Shown piece after piece: positions 23,301 to 35,970 of a stretch of DNA of 64,000 bases. Source of the stretch: Ramazzottius varieornatus (lineage: Eukaryota; Animalia; Tardigrada); contig BDGG01000005.1 of NCBI GenBank assembly GCA_001949185.1, forward strand, positions 1,539,249 through 1,603,248, read 5' to 3'. The translations under genes and the position numbers were made by a program. The notes beneath the pieces are model-generated. The model saw nothing but the letters and a program-made list of their open reading frames with translations. It was not told the origin of the DNA and ran no database searches. How positions within the stretch are numbered: the first letter of the stretch is position 1; the number at the start of each line of letters is the position of its first letter.

Positions 23301-26300
23301 ACATTATGTCCTGAATACAGGCTATTGTAAAAAGTTATAATGTGCGCCAGGTCAAGTGGGTTTGGTTTTTCTTTCAGGTTCCCCAATATGAGCAATTTCC
23401 CAAATAGTTAGCTCTTCGTCAAAAAAGGTTTCTGGTGGTCCTCAAACTAGAATGCACATTTTATAAGTTCATAGGTTTCTTTTCCCAGCAATGTATACAC
23501 AGATATCAAGACCGGAAGTGCCGCGCAGTTTAACAACGTGCTAGAACAGCGCCCTCTACAGACGCCATTGTGCGCGAGTTCATCAGACTGACCAGCAGTC
23601 TGATGAACTTCAGTCAAGCTCCGATTCCACACGACCACGGGACACACATAACTGAACAAATCCTTATTTGTTGACTTAGATGCATGGACAATGTGACATA
23701 TATACAAGCATGCATAGTTCAATACAGTAATGACATACAAAAAACCACTTGTGGAACGACCAGTGCGAATACCTTTTATTGACGACAGAGCACGTGTAAT
23801 CCTTCGCACATACGTCACACGAGGGCCCACGCATTCAACAGCGAACAGAGAAACCAGGAACAACATGTTTTTCCGAGCACGAAGAAAAACACCACGCAAG
23901 GAACGAAGCGATGAAAGACAGCGATCGAAAAGCCAAGCATGCATGCTTACTCTCACCGGAAGACATCCAAGAGCCAGGCTAGACACGGTTACAAAAGCAA
24001 GCTCTAATTCATCGCATCTTCATGCATCAGTGATTTCCATTTGAAAGAATATCTGTAATGGACGTCTGTAATTTCAACGAAGGACACGATTACCGGCAAG
24101 CTTACCCAGCACCGTTTGACAAACGTTACTTCCACAGCCCGTTTTCGTCATAAAAAAACGATCAAGGGGGATATACAAGCGAGTATTCGTCAAAGAAAGA
24201 AGGTTCTCCATTAAAAAAGCCGATCAAAAGAGCGAACCCCAACGTTAAAATAACAGTCAAGAAAACTACGCCCATGATAAGAGTCAATATCCGGCTCACA
24301 TGTAAAAGTACCATCGACCGTTTCCGATCCGGTATAGTGAAAACAAGCGAAATGCGACTGACTGAGCGGATATATCTTGAAACGACAGCTGAAAACTTTT
24401 GGCCCTTGTTTATGTACCATCCTCGTCCACTTATCCCGATAGCCATAAATATCTCTCCACCGTACTTTGTCATACTTTTACCTATAAATGATTTCATCAG
24501 GGTTTGCGGGAGAGCCTACTCAGGGGGACAAGAGTATTGGCAAAAACATTATCGTAGGGACGAAATTTGGATCAACGGTGCAGGTACCATGCGGTAACAC
24601 CACTCAGAGATACAATAAAAAGGTGGGTCGTCCTCAGGTTCGTACTGGTAAGTCATCAGTCCCAGAAGTCATAAAAGCCGGCTTTTACGGTGCTTCTAAT
24701 TTATTTCCCGCTAATGACTAGTCAGGGGTACCTGTTGTTAGTCCCTGGCTGACGAGAAGGTCCGACGGAGGATCTCGGGGTTGCCGAAACTTGTTTGATG
24801 TCCTTGCGGGCACTGTGAGGTGGAAGTTGAGATAGTGGTTCCTGCAAAGATAAAACGGAACAAATGATCCTTGATCAGTGTAATGGGAAACAAAATGTCC
24901 ATTCCATCCTTGTCAATTGTGATGTTCGATCCAAAACAATCAGCGAAGTCGAAGTCGAAAAAGCTCTCAGCTAAAGTGCAATGCCTGATGATGACAAACG
25001 CATCGTGCGTTGCGTACGCTCATATACATAGCAGACAATATGTCGGGTATGTTTCATCGTATTATGCAGTGGGTATATACGGCGAACCTTTAATGATCGG
25101 CAAAGCCTTCCGTGAATCACTCAGACAGCCCATACAGTCGATATGACTATGAGAGCATTGACGAGCAGACATTAACTATAGCGTTCCTCCTCCGGCGAGG
25201 CGGAAGTACGTCACTTTATAAATCGGTACGGCAGTGAAAGATGTATGGAGTAGGTTTAAGTCGGACATCCCTGCTGACGAGATGGGAAGTCGGCCACCCC
25301 ATTAAAACAGACTTTCTGACGTCAAAGCGACCTTCCGCGATGTAAGGAGGCCCATTCCGTTTCCCGTTCCATTCCTAATTGCGTCTAGAAAATAGGAGTT
25401 CCGCTCCGTTCCGACTAAGCCTGATTTGGAAAACTGGAATTCCGAATCGGAATATAGGGATCTGGAAGGAATTCTGCTTGTGAGAATCCGGTTTTCCACA
25501 GCGGAATTCCGAATTTTTGCGCCAATCGGTCGAGTTTTGGTGTCATTTTTGCTTACTGCATAGAAGCACGGCAAACAAACCCGCCATACAGTGTTTGATC
25601 ACCAAGTGGCGCACGTAGTCAGTGCAACTGGCTACAGTGTACCAAAAAATTAACCGTCGATAATGGGCGTGACAATTAAACGGGAGCTTAATTATCCTGT
25701 GACCAATAACGGTTTTGATTCGCCGCATGCGCAAATTCCATTGGCCATTTCCATCTGGCTCCTTCTAACACCCATTTTCGACGGTTAATTTTTGGTACAC
25801 TGTAGATTCGTGCGCCACTTGGAAACGATCTTGCTGAGCTTTTCAGACGGGACTAAACCGAGTTTCCCGCTGGTTTTTTTGCTTCTTGAACTGCCGTATT
25901 GGAGTTCCGAATTTTCATCTAGCCGTTCTGGAAAACGGAAAACAGGAACGGAATTCGGAATTCCGCTCTGAAGTCCGATCCAGGTAGCAAGTCAGGCGGA
26001 ATTTGCATCCTTATCGCGATGACGTCGGCTGACTTAATTACACGAGTGGCCGACTCAGGGCGGCTCATGGGAGGTGTCCGACTTGAACGTACCCTCATAC
26101 ACGTCTTTCCGAGCGTAAACACCGCAGTCAGGTAAGCTCGTATTCAACCGTGCGTCACAGGAATACGACTTGCGGTGTTAAATTGAGTACAACATCCGAT
26201 TATTAATCCAATTGGGAGCAGTCACATTTCTGTATGGCCGAAGGAAACCCGATCGACCCATGAGGTCGTCGAAAATAGCTCAATTGAGGACCCGTCATCC

Positions 26301-29009
26301 CATCTTTACCCTTGTGCCTCCTCCGCATCATTAATTCCCGCACTTTAGCCTATTGTTAGCCTTTCTAATCTCCCGTTTTAGAAGGTCGCGAACGCGCAAC
26401 GCCGACTTTATAAGTACTTGAGTATACAGTAACACGTAACACCCCGCTCTGTGCTGAAGTACTTTTAGCAACAGCTTAACAGGTTCCGGGAAAGATGATA
26501 AATATGTCCCGTGTACTTGAAAAAGATCAACATATGTCGTCATTTGCGTCGAGGATCGACGTCCTTCATCCCACTCCAACTCAAGCCAAGTGGGGATTAT
26601 TCATTCAGTATCCATTCAAAAGCAAATAATTGTCGGTCTTGAATATTTGGATCCAGCAGCTCGTTCGACAAGCGGGATAATACAGAAAACTAATATTTAC
26701 ATTCGGCCGACCTGACTCCTAATCAAAATATCAAATCGCGAATTCACGTTCCCACTGCTTGATTTTAAGGTGCACGAGTTTTACGGGAAGTTCGATCAAG
26801 TCTCCCTTAAAATGACGGACGAAGATTTGACAAGCTTGCTCTTAACTGACAGTGATCTAATTGAAATTTTAGAGCGTGCCTACCTTCTTGTGACTTCCAA
26901 GAAGAGGCCGAGAGGAACTGGTGGGTCGCAGAGTTGTTACGTTGGCAGACGAGGGTCGGGTGACTGGCGTGATTGTGATGCCAGTATTCGGCTTTTTAAC
27001 ACCTCCATTTAGCTTTCTCGTTTCCAGCTTGGTCCGTATTCCGGAGAACGTCAACAGCTGTGACACATTTCTCCGTTCTTGCTCCTCTGCAGAAGGAACA
27101 ACATGAGTAAATTATATTAGGTTCTGCAGATACTATTTTGAGCTAATTCGATCAACTTTTTCACGCCCACCACAAGCTGAACTTATACGCAAGCTACAGC
27201 CTCTAGTTACCTCCCGGAACTCACAAAGCTCATAGCGAGAGCAATTGACCGGCAACCAGAGCCCAAGTGACCCATTAAACAGGGGAGCTTCCGGTTAAGC
27301 AAACCGCGGCAACCTCACACGATAGGTCGACAAACGCAGTGTAGTACTTTTTACAAACCCGCATACATGCGTCCAAGGCCCAAGCATTGGCCTGGTGTAT
27401 GCAGGTCGGTAATTTTTCTTCTTGCGCGTTTCTCGGATTATGTTTCCCGATTGTGGTGATTGAATAGCTTCCGTGCGCACCGATCATATTATTCATCAGC
27501 CGCTTAGGTATTCCGATCAAAAATTTATAGTACTATTGATGCACATGCAGGCTTCAGCAAAAAAGAAGGCCACGAATGTCAAGGGAGCAGCAGCTGATGG
27601 ATTATTGAAATTCGTTGAACTTGGTGATGGAACCCACGCCGGGAACGCCGGGTGGATCACTCTCTTCCTTTTTCCCTCGCTTAAAGTGACCGCGTTAGGA
27701 TAATGACATTTTACGTGAAAGGAAAAAGAGTAGGAAGCTGAAGGGGATCATGACAGTCGCTCCATCACCAATTTCCAAAATAGCAACTTTTATGGGCCTT
27801 TGAATAGTTGATGGTATTATGACAGTCAAGTTGTCTGGACTCCCATCAACAGAACCTCGTTAATCGAAATAAAGAGTTACGCGAGCTCAAGTCTCGTGCA
27901 GTTCACCGTGCTGCATCACGATGGAGCGCCCGACTCCCCGAGAAACCTCCGAGTCCAAGTCGAAATAGCCGAACATCGCCGGAAGGTCTCTACGCGCACG
28001 CCGAGGAAGATTGGGCCAGTAAAAAGTATGACCAGGCGGAAAAGACGGCAAAGTACACATTCAACCGTAGAAAATTGTCGAAAAGTGCATTGCAGCGAAT
28101 TGGTCGCGTACGTACGTACTTCCCTGCCGCCGTTTCGAAATCGCCTGGCCCATATTTTTCACTGGCCCAGATTTCCTCAGCGTGCGTGGACTAGGTGGAC
28201 GAAGACGTAAATGGTTGACGATTGACTGGACCTTTGAAAACTGCTAAATCCAATCGAAACAATTTCGTCTATTCCGAGTGCTCGGTCAGATCATTGAAGG
28301 TTACATCCCACATATCCCTGATGAGGTCGAACACACGCTGACGCAGCAACCTAAAAAGACGCGGTGCGCGACGTCAGTAGGGGTCATCGTTCCGCCTCTA
28401 CAGTAGAAGGCTGACTGATGAGTCTACCATCCTCAGCGAACGCTATCAAATTACCTTATATCAACCAAGATATTACCGAACACACGGTATCTTGTCCTTG
28501 CAACGAGATGGAAAAATATCGAATCGATTTTACTCTGTGAACATTATTTCCTAATATATTCTCGCTTGCTCACCTTCGACTGCTTGTACCGACGAGGAAG
28601 TCTTGGGTTTATCACGTTTGATATCCACGTCACTGTCGCTCGCACCGGAAATCGGTGCAGAAACAGAAACCTCGACGCCTGGACTGGCTTCAGGTGGCAG
28701 CTGCACATGGAGAGCAGGTTCTTCCGGTAAGGCGGCAGGTCTAGTATTCGACGGGAATTTTCCCCTGGTCTCTCTCAGAAATTGCGCTAACTTCTCTTGT
28801 GTATGTTCAACTGTAGCATCACCTGTCCACAATACAGCATTAACCTTCTCCTCGACAGGTCGCGACGACACGGTGTCAGTTTGTTGTCCAAACGTGGAAA
28901 AGCGGCTGTTGTTTCGAGGCACACTCAGTTTTTCAACTGATTTGAACCCAGCAACGGAAGGAAACCGTGAGACTTCTAGACAAACAGGAAAAGGCATTAA
29001 AGTCAACAT
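20379..29009 (-). CDS. Unknown ~800-aa Ser/Pro/Arg-rich, probably disordered protein (7 exons; start uncertain)
   Basis: Phase-compatible exon chain with good GT/AG sites: ~29009-28575, ~27087-26884, ~24842-24732, ~23222-22504, ~22228-21952, ~21197-20678 and ~20452-20379 (ends ...KAFSNNS*). No recognisable domain. Confidence 0.6.
21291..21420. repeat. GGCGCAC palindrome family copy (intron of the Ser-rich gene)
   Basis: ttcccaagtggcgcac-N24-gtgcgccatctggga...atttgccgactgccca. Confidence 0.85.
22305..22430. repeat. GGCGCAC palindrome family copy (intron of the Ser-rich gene)
   Basis: attgtttttccaagtggcgcac-N25-gtgcgccacttgggaaagcaat. Confidence 0.9.
25561..25855. repeat. GGCGCAC palindrome family copy interrupted by a MITE
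   Basis: ccaagtggcgcac ends at 25614 and gtgcgccacttgg starts at 25810. The spacer is 25 nt once the 25635-25802 insertion and one TA are removed. Confidence 0.85.
25635..25802. mobile_element. Tc1/mariner-type MITE (168 bp)
   Basis: Perfect 25-bp TIR cagtgtaccaaaaattaaccgtcga, with TA duplication at 25633-34 and 25803-04. Confidence 0.9.
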
Positions 29010-32000
29010 GGAGTTTCCCACAATCGAAGTCGAGGATCATCAATAAGGCAAGCATGGACTAATTTCAACTCGATTCAAAAATTTCCGTCTCCTGAGGAAG
29101 TCTCAAACGGGAAAAAGGCGAGATGAACTCAGCCGACCACGAACACGTTCAGATATTTTCGGCGAGAAAAACACTCCGTGGTTGCGTTCACCACAGAACT
29201 CAAGATCAGAAAGGCGAAAGAAGTGTGTTCAAGATAAATTGGTCGTTTGCGATAACTGAAGATATTATAAAAGATTCTCAGTGGGAGGTTGACGCACTTT
29301 CAGTCTCTGCGTCACTCGAATAAACCTCATTATCGAACAATTCAAAGCCGTAAAATCTAAAAAGATGGAAAAAAGGGAAAACGTATGCCGATTGTATTGA
29401 ATCCAGGAAGAGCTTCAGAACGGAAGAGCTCTTCCGTCTATGGAATGTGCATAATACCGCCCTTCTGTATTTGCGAAATTCCCTTTGAGTATACGACAGC
29501 TATTGATTTGTCTCTCGTTGTGTGCCATCTCCTCCAGCTGGAGAGATACTGCCATGGGGGTAAGAATGCCGAGGATTACGCTCGTTGCATGTGCGTGCCA
29601 TGGTGCCATCCTGGTGCGCGGGTATTTTTAGCAGGGGATTAATTACATAACATATGAGGCAAAGGAGCTGTCAACTGTCAAGGCACCGGGTAAAAGAAAG
29701 CAATTAAGGGAGCATGCGTGAGTATTCTTACCTATCGCACATGACTTAATTAAAGGTTACGTTCTCTCTCGTCGACCTTACGACGCCGCATTTATACAGA
29801 GCATCGGGTCTCCGGAGAATGTTGCAGAATGTTCGACACATGGGACATGGGAAGTGAGCAAAACCAGATCAGTACCTTAGTTGACGCACGTTCGCATTGT
29901 CTTCAGCTGAAAGAGTGCGCGACTGGGGAGAGCGACCTGGTTCAACTCATTTCCCCACCCCCACGGCTAAGATATCGATTAGAACCTACCTGCATCCCAT
30001 AAGATCACCAAGTTTGAATATCGACTCTGTTCTTCGGTTTTCGATGCCGATGATGCGTTGCGGAAAGCTTTCACGGCTTGGGCAAAATCTTCTCGGGCTC
30101 CGTTCTCATCGTATTCGCCCTCCAGCAAATTCCCACCGCCCTAAAAATAAACAGAACAACGCCATAAGAAAAAGCAAGGGAAGAAACCGGTCTCTGAACA
30201 TCAGAAACAGGGGAATGCGCAAGTTGAGCCAGGAAAATTCAGCGACCGATCTGGATGTTTAGTTTCAGTGTTTGGAAGCGCTAACAAGGTACTCAGTGTG
30301 GTTGAATGAGCGTTCGTCTTTCAGTTTCTGGCCGGATATCCCCGCATCTTCTGCTTCGTCAAACCAGCTGTTGTTGCCAAGACAATCGTTAACAAATGAA
30401 CCATGATCGAAGATTATTGTTTCAGTCGTGTGACGGGATCTTCGGGAATCCGCGTGAGCCTGCCCAAAGCACATTGGACAATAAAGCTGATTGCCCTCTA
30501 AGCACATCTGGAAACAGAAATAAGTCTATTGAACGGTCAGAACCGCATCTTGTATGAAACAACTTGAGCCTATCAGAACAGCTAATTTGCTTTTGCAATC
30601 ACGACACGCGGAAGTTTGGATGTTTGCCCCGAGCGTCAACAAACCCGGAAGTCTGCTTCCCGAAGGTCGGGCCTTCGCTATAGCTCTACCACGGGATGCG
30701 GCCTGCTTTGCTAGTATTTCAGATGAAGATTTGCCTGAAACGAAACAGAGCGTTCGATAAAATTGAAAAAAGGACGAAAAAGAAAGGAGGACCGTCAACC
30801 AGAATCTCACCTCTCGAGCTCATTCCGCACTTCGAATTTTGAGTAAGTTCAAATTCGAACTGCCACGTCGCAAGCCATGCATGGAGAAGATGGACAAAAG
30901 AAAAGTATTCGAATTTACCTTGTTGCTTCGTTCGTAAAACCCAGCAGTACTCATACCACGATTCAAATTTCATTGTCAGAGCAACTAACCGCAGAATATA
31001 CCAAAGCTTGATTTATCAAGTCTGGCAGAAAAGAAAGGTAACATATGCCAGTTTGATCGTCCGTATTTCTTTCACTTTACTAAATACGGTCGGCTAAAAA
31101 TCCCATACATCTGAAGAAAAGATGAGCTTACCTGCACAAATTTCAGCTTTGTGCTACGTTCGCCTGTTCAATATCACTGGCTCCGTCCTTCTCGTCCTCA
31201 TCATTGAGAGGCTCTGCGTCAGCAACCGTTGCTGCAAGTTCCCAGAGGCCTTCGGGAGTCGGAGGACTGTCCATCTCAAGCTCTTTGGGATTTAGGCCAT
31301 CCATCGGAGGATATGTGCAGTGATTGCAGTCCATCAGGCTGTAATGCAGCGACCCTGCGAGCAGCTTCCTTGGTTTCTTCTACACTTTCTTCCCCCAGGT
31401 TTCGCTCGAAATCATCTTCAATCCAACCAACATGATCCCGTCCATTTCACACGGCGCAGGCGCCGAACCATTAGTTTCCATTTGTCACCCATTATGGCAA
31501 AGAACAAGCAGTCGCGCCAGTTCAACTCGATATCCTTGAAGAAGACTCCCGTCGGTTTCCCCTCAGTCACAGTCTTTCTAGCTAAATCTTCCTCGAATTA
31601 CCGGCGCATTGCTTGACGAAGACTTAACCTATCGATGTCCGCTGGACAGTTCTTTAGGGAGTCTTTCAACCATTCCAGCTCTTCGAAAGGCGATTCCGAA
31701 TTCCAGAAACGATCATACCTGTCCAGCTTGCGGAGAGGTTGAACGTAACAACTTCTCAGCGACAAAAATGGTATGTGTAATGGGTAAAAGAATCCTTCGT
31801 TGCGCTTTCATGGAGAGGCACACCTGCGTTACCGTCGTTGCTGACAAGATGTGAAAACGGGGAGTCTGACAGTCATGCAGGTCGACTTTCATCTTTCTTG
31901 GCCAGCGCGCTTTCTAGTCAAAGATGGGTGGACTGTCGACAATTTGGGAATCGAGGAATCCCACGCTTATGAGCATGATTGTGTTAAAATGACTGTGCTT

Positions 32001-32175
32001 GAGGTGACGAGGAACTTGTTGAAGAAACAGGGACGGTGTTTGAGTCCAAAGTGACGACGCTCAAGATGAGCGGATTCCGCACAAATTTCATCGGGGTATC
32101 GGACAATCAGATGAGTAATGTGTCTGGACCTGTTCCGAGTGACTTCCGACTTGCGTCGAGGACATGGTGGAACAT

Positions 32176-35100
32176 GGGCGGCCGGAACGGCAAAAATGAG
32201 GCTGGTAGTCCTCGAACCTGTTCAAACCTTGCTTATTTTTAGACTGAGGATTTTTTTCAATGTTAAATCGACAAAATTTGCCTGTCTGAAAATAAGCAGA
32301 CTCTGAGCAGGGTCGCAGACAGGCTCCCGTACGGAATTTCACTAGTCCATAACTAGTAAAATCCACCAGTCTCAAAAAAGGCAGGCACTAAACAGGTTCG
32401 ACAAGCAGTTTTGTAATTTCGACCACATTACACAACTGCATGTCGAGCCTGTTTACACTTTTACACAAGTGTATGACTTGCAGGTGCCAGGGATGAGCAG
32501 TTATGAGAACTGGAACATTTCGCTTCGCTACCGCTTTGCTTCGATCTTACTTCCCGCTGTAGTTTCGCTATGAATTTTCGAAGGTCGCTTTCCGCTATGG
32601 ACCGCTATAGAAATATTTTTGAAAATATTAATTTTTACTGGAAACATTTTGCAGCAGGCTTGCTCTTCGCGATTAGAACAAGAAGATCTTGACTGACATT
32701 ACAAAATAATAGTCTCTCGAAATTCAGATCATTGGTATGAAGTCTAATCTCATTAAGAATTCTTCCCGAAATATTGAAAATTCGCTCGATACCAGCGGTA
32801 GTCGCAGGCGCACATAAAATTTGCTCAGCTATCACACACATCCTCTTGAAAATATCTTGCGTTCCTTTCATCCGGTAGAAGTTCAAAGAGTTCTCGCCGC
32901 TCCAGTCGTTGTTCAGATAGAGCTCATATTCTGCTTCAACCGTAATCGCTGGACTCCGCTTAGTCTTGGCCAGAGGGACTTCGTCTTCCATAAAGCGGAA
33001 CAATTCCGATGCTCCTTCGGCTTTCTTCGACGCACTGAAAGAACAAACCAGCCTAGTGAATATACGCAAATTTCGGTATTGTCTCGTAGTGATATATTTA
33101 TCTATTTTTTTAATATTTGAAAATCAAAGCATACCTTCTGCTACTGCTTCCGAGAGGAGTGGTATCGCAAGGTCCTGCTAACTTCACTTCTCGCATCATA
33201 CGCAGGATGACCTCCCGGGTTCTTTTTTCGGTTTCGACAGCTCTCTTTGATCCTCTGCAAAAACGTAGCTTGAAAGAGGGATCTAAAAACGAAGTCGCCA
33301 AGTACAAGTCATCTTCCTCCAGTTTGTCGAACCGTTCTTCGAGAAGTCCAAGTAGCTCCAAGGTGAAGGCTTCCAGCAACGGGTACTCTCCAGCAGCCAC
33401 TAAACTGTGCAAATGCACCCGAAGACCGTACAAAATAGGCAAGACCTGAAAGATGGCCGGTATGCTATCACGTTGCAATTTCAGAAAGGCCGTTTGAAAT
33501 GGCGCAGTTATTTTAACGAACTGTTTCAAAATGATTTCGTAATCAGGAGAAAGACGGTACTTCTTCTCAAGACCCACTTTATCCCAATCCATCTGCAACG
33601 CGTGCTCGGTCATGATGAAGTTGCTGTTCCAGCGAGTGGCACAACGCGCTTTCAAGGCTCGTCCGGACTCTTTCTCCACAGCTTCTGTCATGCTCACGGA
33701 ATGCCGAATGCTCGAAACAACTGACACCAACGCTTCTACCGCTTTATTGACCACTGCACACTTTTTCACGGGCTTTTGGACCACTAGCTGGAGTGAATGT
33801 GCCACACATCGAATCTACGAGAAAACCAAATAATACAAACGGTAACCCAACCGAGCAAAAATATTTAAAAAGTTTCGTGAAGCTCGGAAAAAGTATCGCA
33901 CCAGAATTTTTCTTTCGGGAAGTAAACAATAATTTTGGAGGAGAAGTTCTACTACTTCATTAGCCAAGTTGTTGGAAAGTGATCGACGAGCGTACCATTG
34001 TCCGCTTTCCGTTTCGCTTCTTCCGACCATGCACAGAACGTCACCACCTCCTAGTACCAGCAATAAAATTGAAAACAAGCTTACGGGAATTCAATCCCAG
34101 CTATCCGGGTAAATATGATGGCTGTTAAAGTTCCGGAGAGGGGATCATTACCTGATTTTTGTTGTGGAAAGTCAACTCATGGCTTTTGAAGTTACTGTAG
34201 CCGTCCCGGGATGATATCTTCTTCTCAATCTCCTTTTCCTTCGGGCACAGACGACAGTTCCCGGAATGAACTACGTAGCTCTTGCTGTTCTTCGGTTCTC
34301 TGGCGGTAGCTAACGACGTGAAAAAGGTGAAGTAGAATTCTTTCGCCTTTCGATCGCGGTCTCCACTCGATGCTTCCGACGCTTCCACATCGTCATCTTC
34401 GTCGATGACAATCTCCGTAGCGGCCATCCTTCAGCAGTTCTCTCGAAAATCAACCAAACCTCTTATACACTTCGCACAGCCGATGGTACAAGTTTTCATG
34501 GAAGAGCGAAAGTCAAGATTTCATCAGAAGATGCGTTAGACAACTAAAGTTAAGAGATTAGTCGCCCTCTTGCGACAACTTGTGCCGTATGGTGTGCTTG
34601 ATTTTGCAATCGCTTAGTCATCTCTCACTCGAAGGTTTACATGGGTGGTTGTCCTCTAAGAACTATATGCATTTGGAACGATAATCACTGGTTCAACTCT
34701 GAAAAAACTGTGACTTTTTACATTTACCATAGCGGAATTTGGCTTTCCGCTCCGCTTTGGTCGTTTTTCCGCTTTCGTAGTTTTCTACGGATTCCGCTTC
34801 GCTACGTCCAGTTTTGGCCAGAGCTCCGTCCGCTATAGTTTTGCTACAAAGCGAAGCGAAGCGGATAGCGACCACCAGAACGCTACGCCGCTCCAAAACT
34901 GCTCATCCCTGGCAGGTTCGCGTCGAAAGGTAATATGCAGGTGCATGTCGTCAGACTACGCGGTTACGGTTTATAAGCTTCATGTGCTCACCCACGAGAC
35001 ATGCACCTGCAAGTCATACACTTGTGTAAAAGTGTAAACAGGCTCGACATGCAGTTGTGTAATGTGGTCGAAATTACAAAACTGCTTGTCGAACCTGTTT

Positions 35101-35314
35101 AGTGCCTGCCTTTTTTGAGACTGGTGGATTTTACTAGTTATGGACTAGTGAAATTCCGTACGGGAGCCTGTCTGCGACCCTGCTCAGAGTCTGCTTATTT
35201 TCAGACAGGCAAATTTTGTCGATTTAACATTGAAAAAAATCCTCAGTCTAAAAATAAGCAAGGTTTGAACAGGTTCGAGGACTACCAGCCTCATTTTTGC
35301 CGTTCCGGCCGCCC
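32176..35314. mobile_element. Non-autonomous long-TIR DNA element with AT target duplication (ISL2EU/PIF-Harbinger-like), hosting a hAT
   Basis: ~310-bp inverted repeats starting gggcggccggaacggc; the ORF track shows the same peptide MRLVDFTSYG...CRSGRP on opposite strands. AT at 32174-75 and 35315-16. Confidence 0.85.
32488..34911 (-). mobile_element. hAT DNA transposon, internally deleted, with an intron-containing transposase
   Basis: 15-bp TIR cagggatgagcagtt; 8-bp TSD gcaggtgc/gcaggttc; cgct-rich subterminal repeats. BED finger (CRLC...SNFKSHELTFH), CVAHSLQL, TRWNS and hATC dimerisation motif (PATTAGIERIFNISG). The N-terminal catalytic-core Asp segments are missing. Confidence 0.92.
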
Positions 35315-35970
35315 ATACATCTCAGCCATCGTTCGTCGCACATTAAACATGAAAGCTAAGCGATGTTTACCTTCGGAGTCGGCTGCGAAAGAATACGTCG
35401 AAGTGGGATAGTGCTTCCATTTTGAGATCTCGATGGATGAAATCCCACGTCGGTTCCATGTCCATGGAGCACTTTTCTTCCATTCCCATCAACGAACACA
35501 GCAGTCATCCACAATTATACTGTAAAATCCGTGCTAGGTTAGCTGAGAGGAGCTGATCGTTAGAACTCCGGGAACGATCATCCGGATCCGTACCTTCCAC
35601 TGCTGGTCTCGAAGCGTGCTGTCGATATTCTCTTTCGAAGCAAAGCCAACTTCCCATGCGACCTTCGTAAGAGGGTCCTGCATGTCAACACATCCTCGGA
35701 TCTGAGTAGGTGAGAACAAGTCTTCAATCCGATTCTGAAACCGATCACAATCCCCAGGTAGACCGCATGCCAGAAGAAATTACTCTCCGCAGTGACGCTT
35801 CCTCTTCGGCATCAGCTCGCCCTTCTCTTCGCTGCTTCGGTCCACTGCCACGTCGTTCGTCGAGCTCTAGCTTCTGCAACAGAGAGTGCGAAGTCGGAAG
35901 CTGAAACCGATGAGAAATCGAGAAAATCACAAAGGGATACGCGGCAAACGCCCGCGAGAAACGACACAAT

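Larger units (their letters stand above)
25336..26018. mobile_element. Degenerate non-autonomous DNA element with (a)ttccg subterminal repeats, enclosing the palindrome+MITE
   Basis: Imperfect TIR cgcgatgtaaggaggcccattccg vs cggaatttgcatccttatcgcg, with many ttccg/cggaa motifs at both ends. No clear TSD. Confidence 0.45.
30280..35900 (-). pseudogene. Decayed multi-exon coding remnant with a B-box-like Cys/His pattern, split by the 32176-35314 insertion
   Basis: Coding-like segments with GT/AG sites but many stops and frameshifts on both sides of the insertion. CRDCKSKLAVL...CF and CLEGNQLYCPMCFGQAH...RHT near 30420-30610. Confidence 0.3.

Noticed and set aside
32088-35411. Duplicated 95/98-aa ORFs (MRLVDFTSYG...) as a gene pair
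   Set aside because: They are translations of the two terminal inverted repeats, start at TTG and run out into unrelated flanks.
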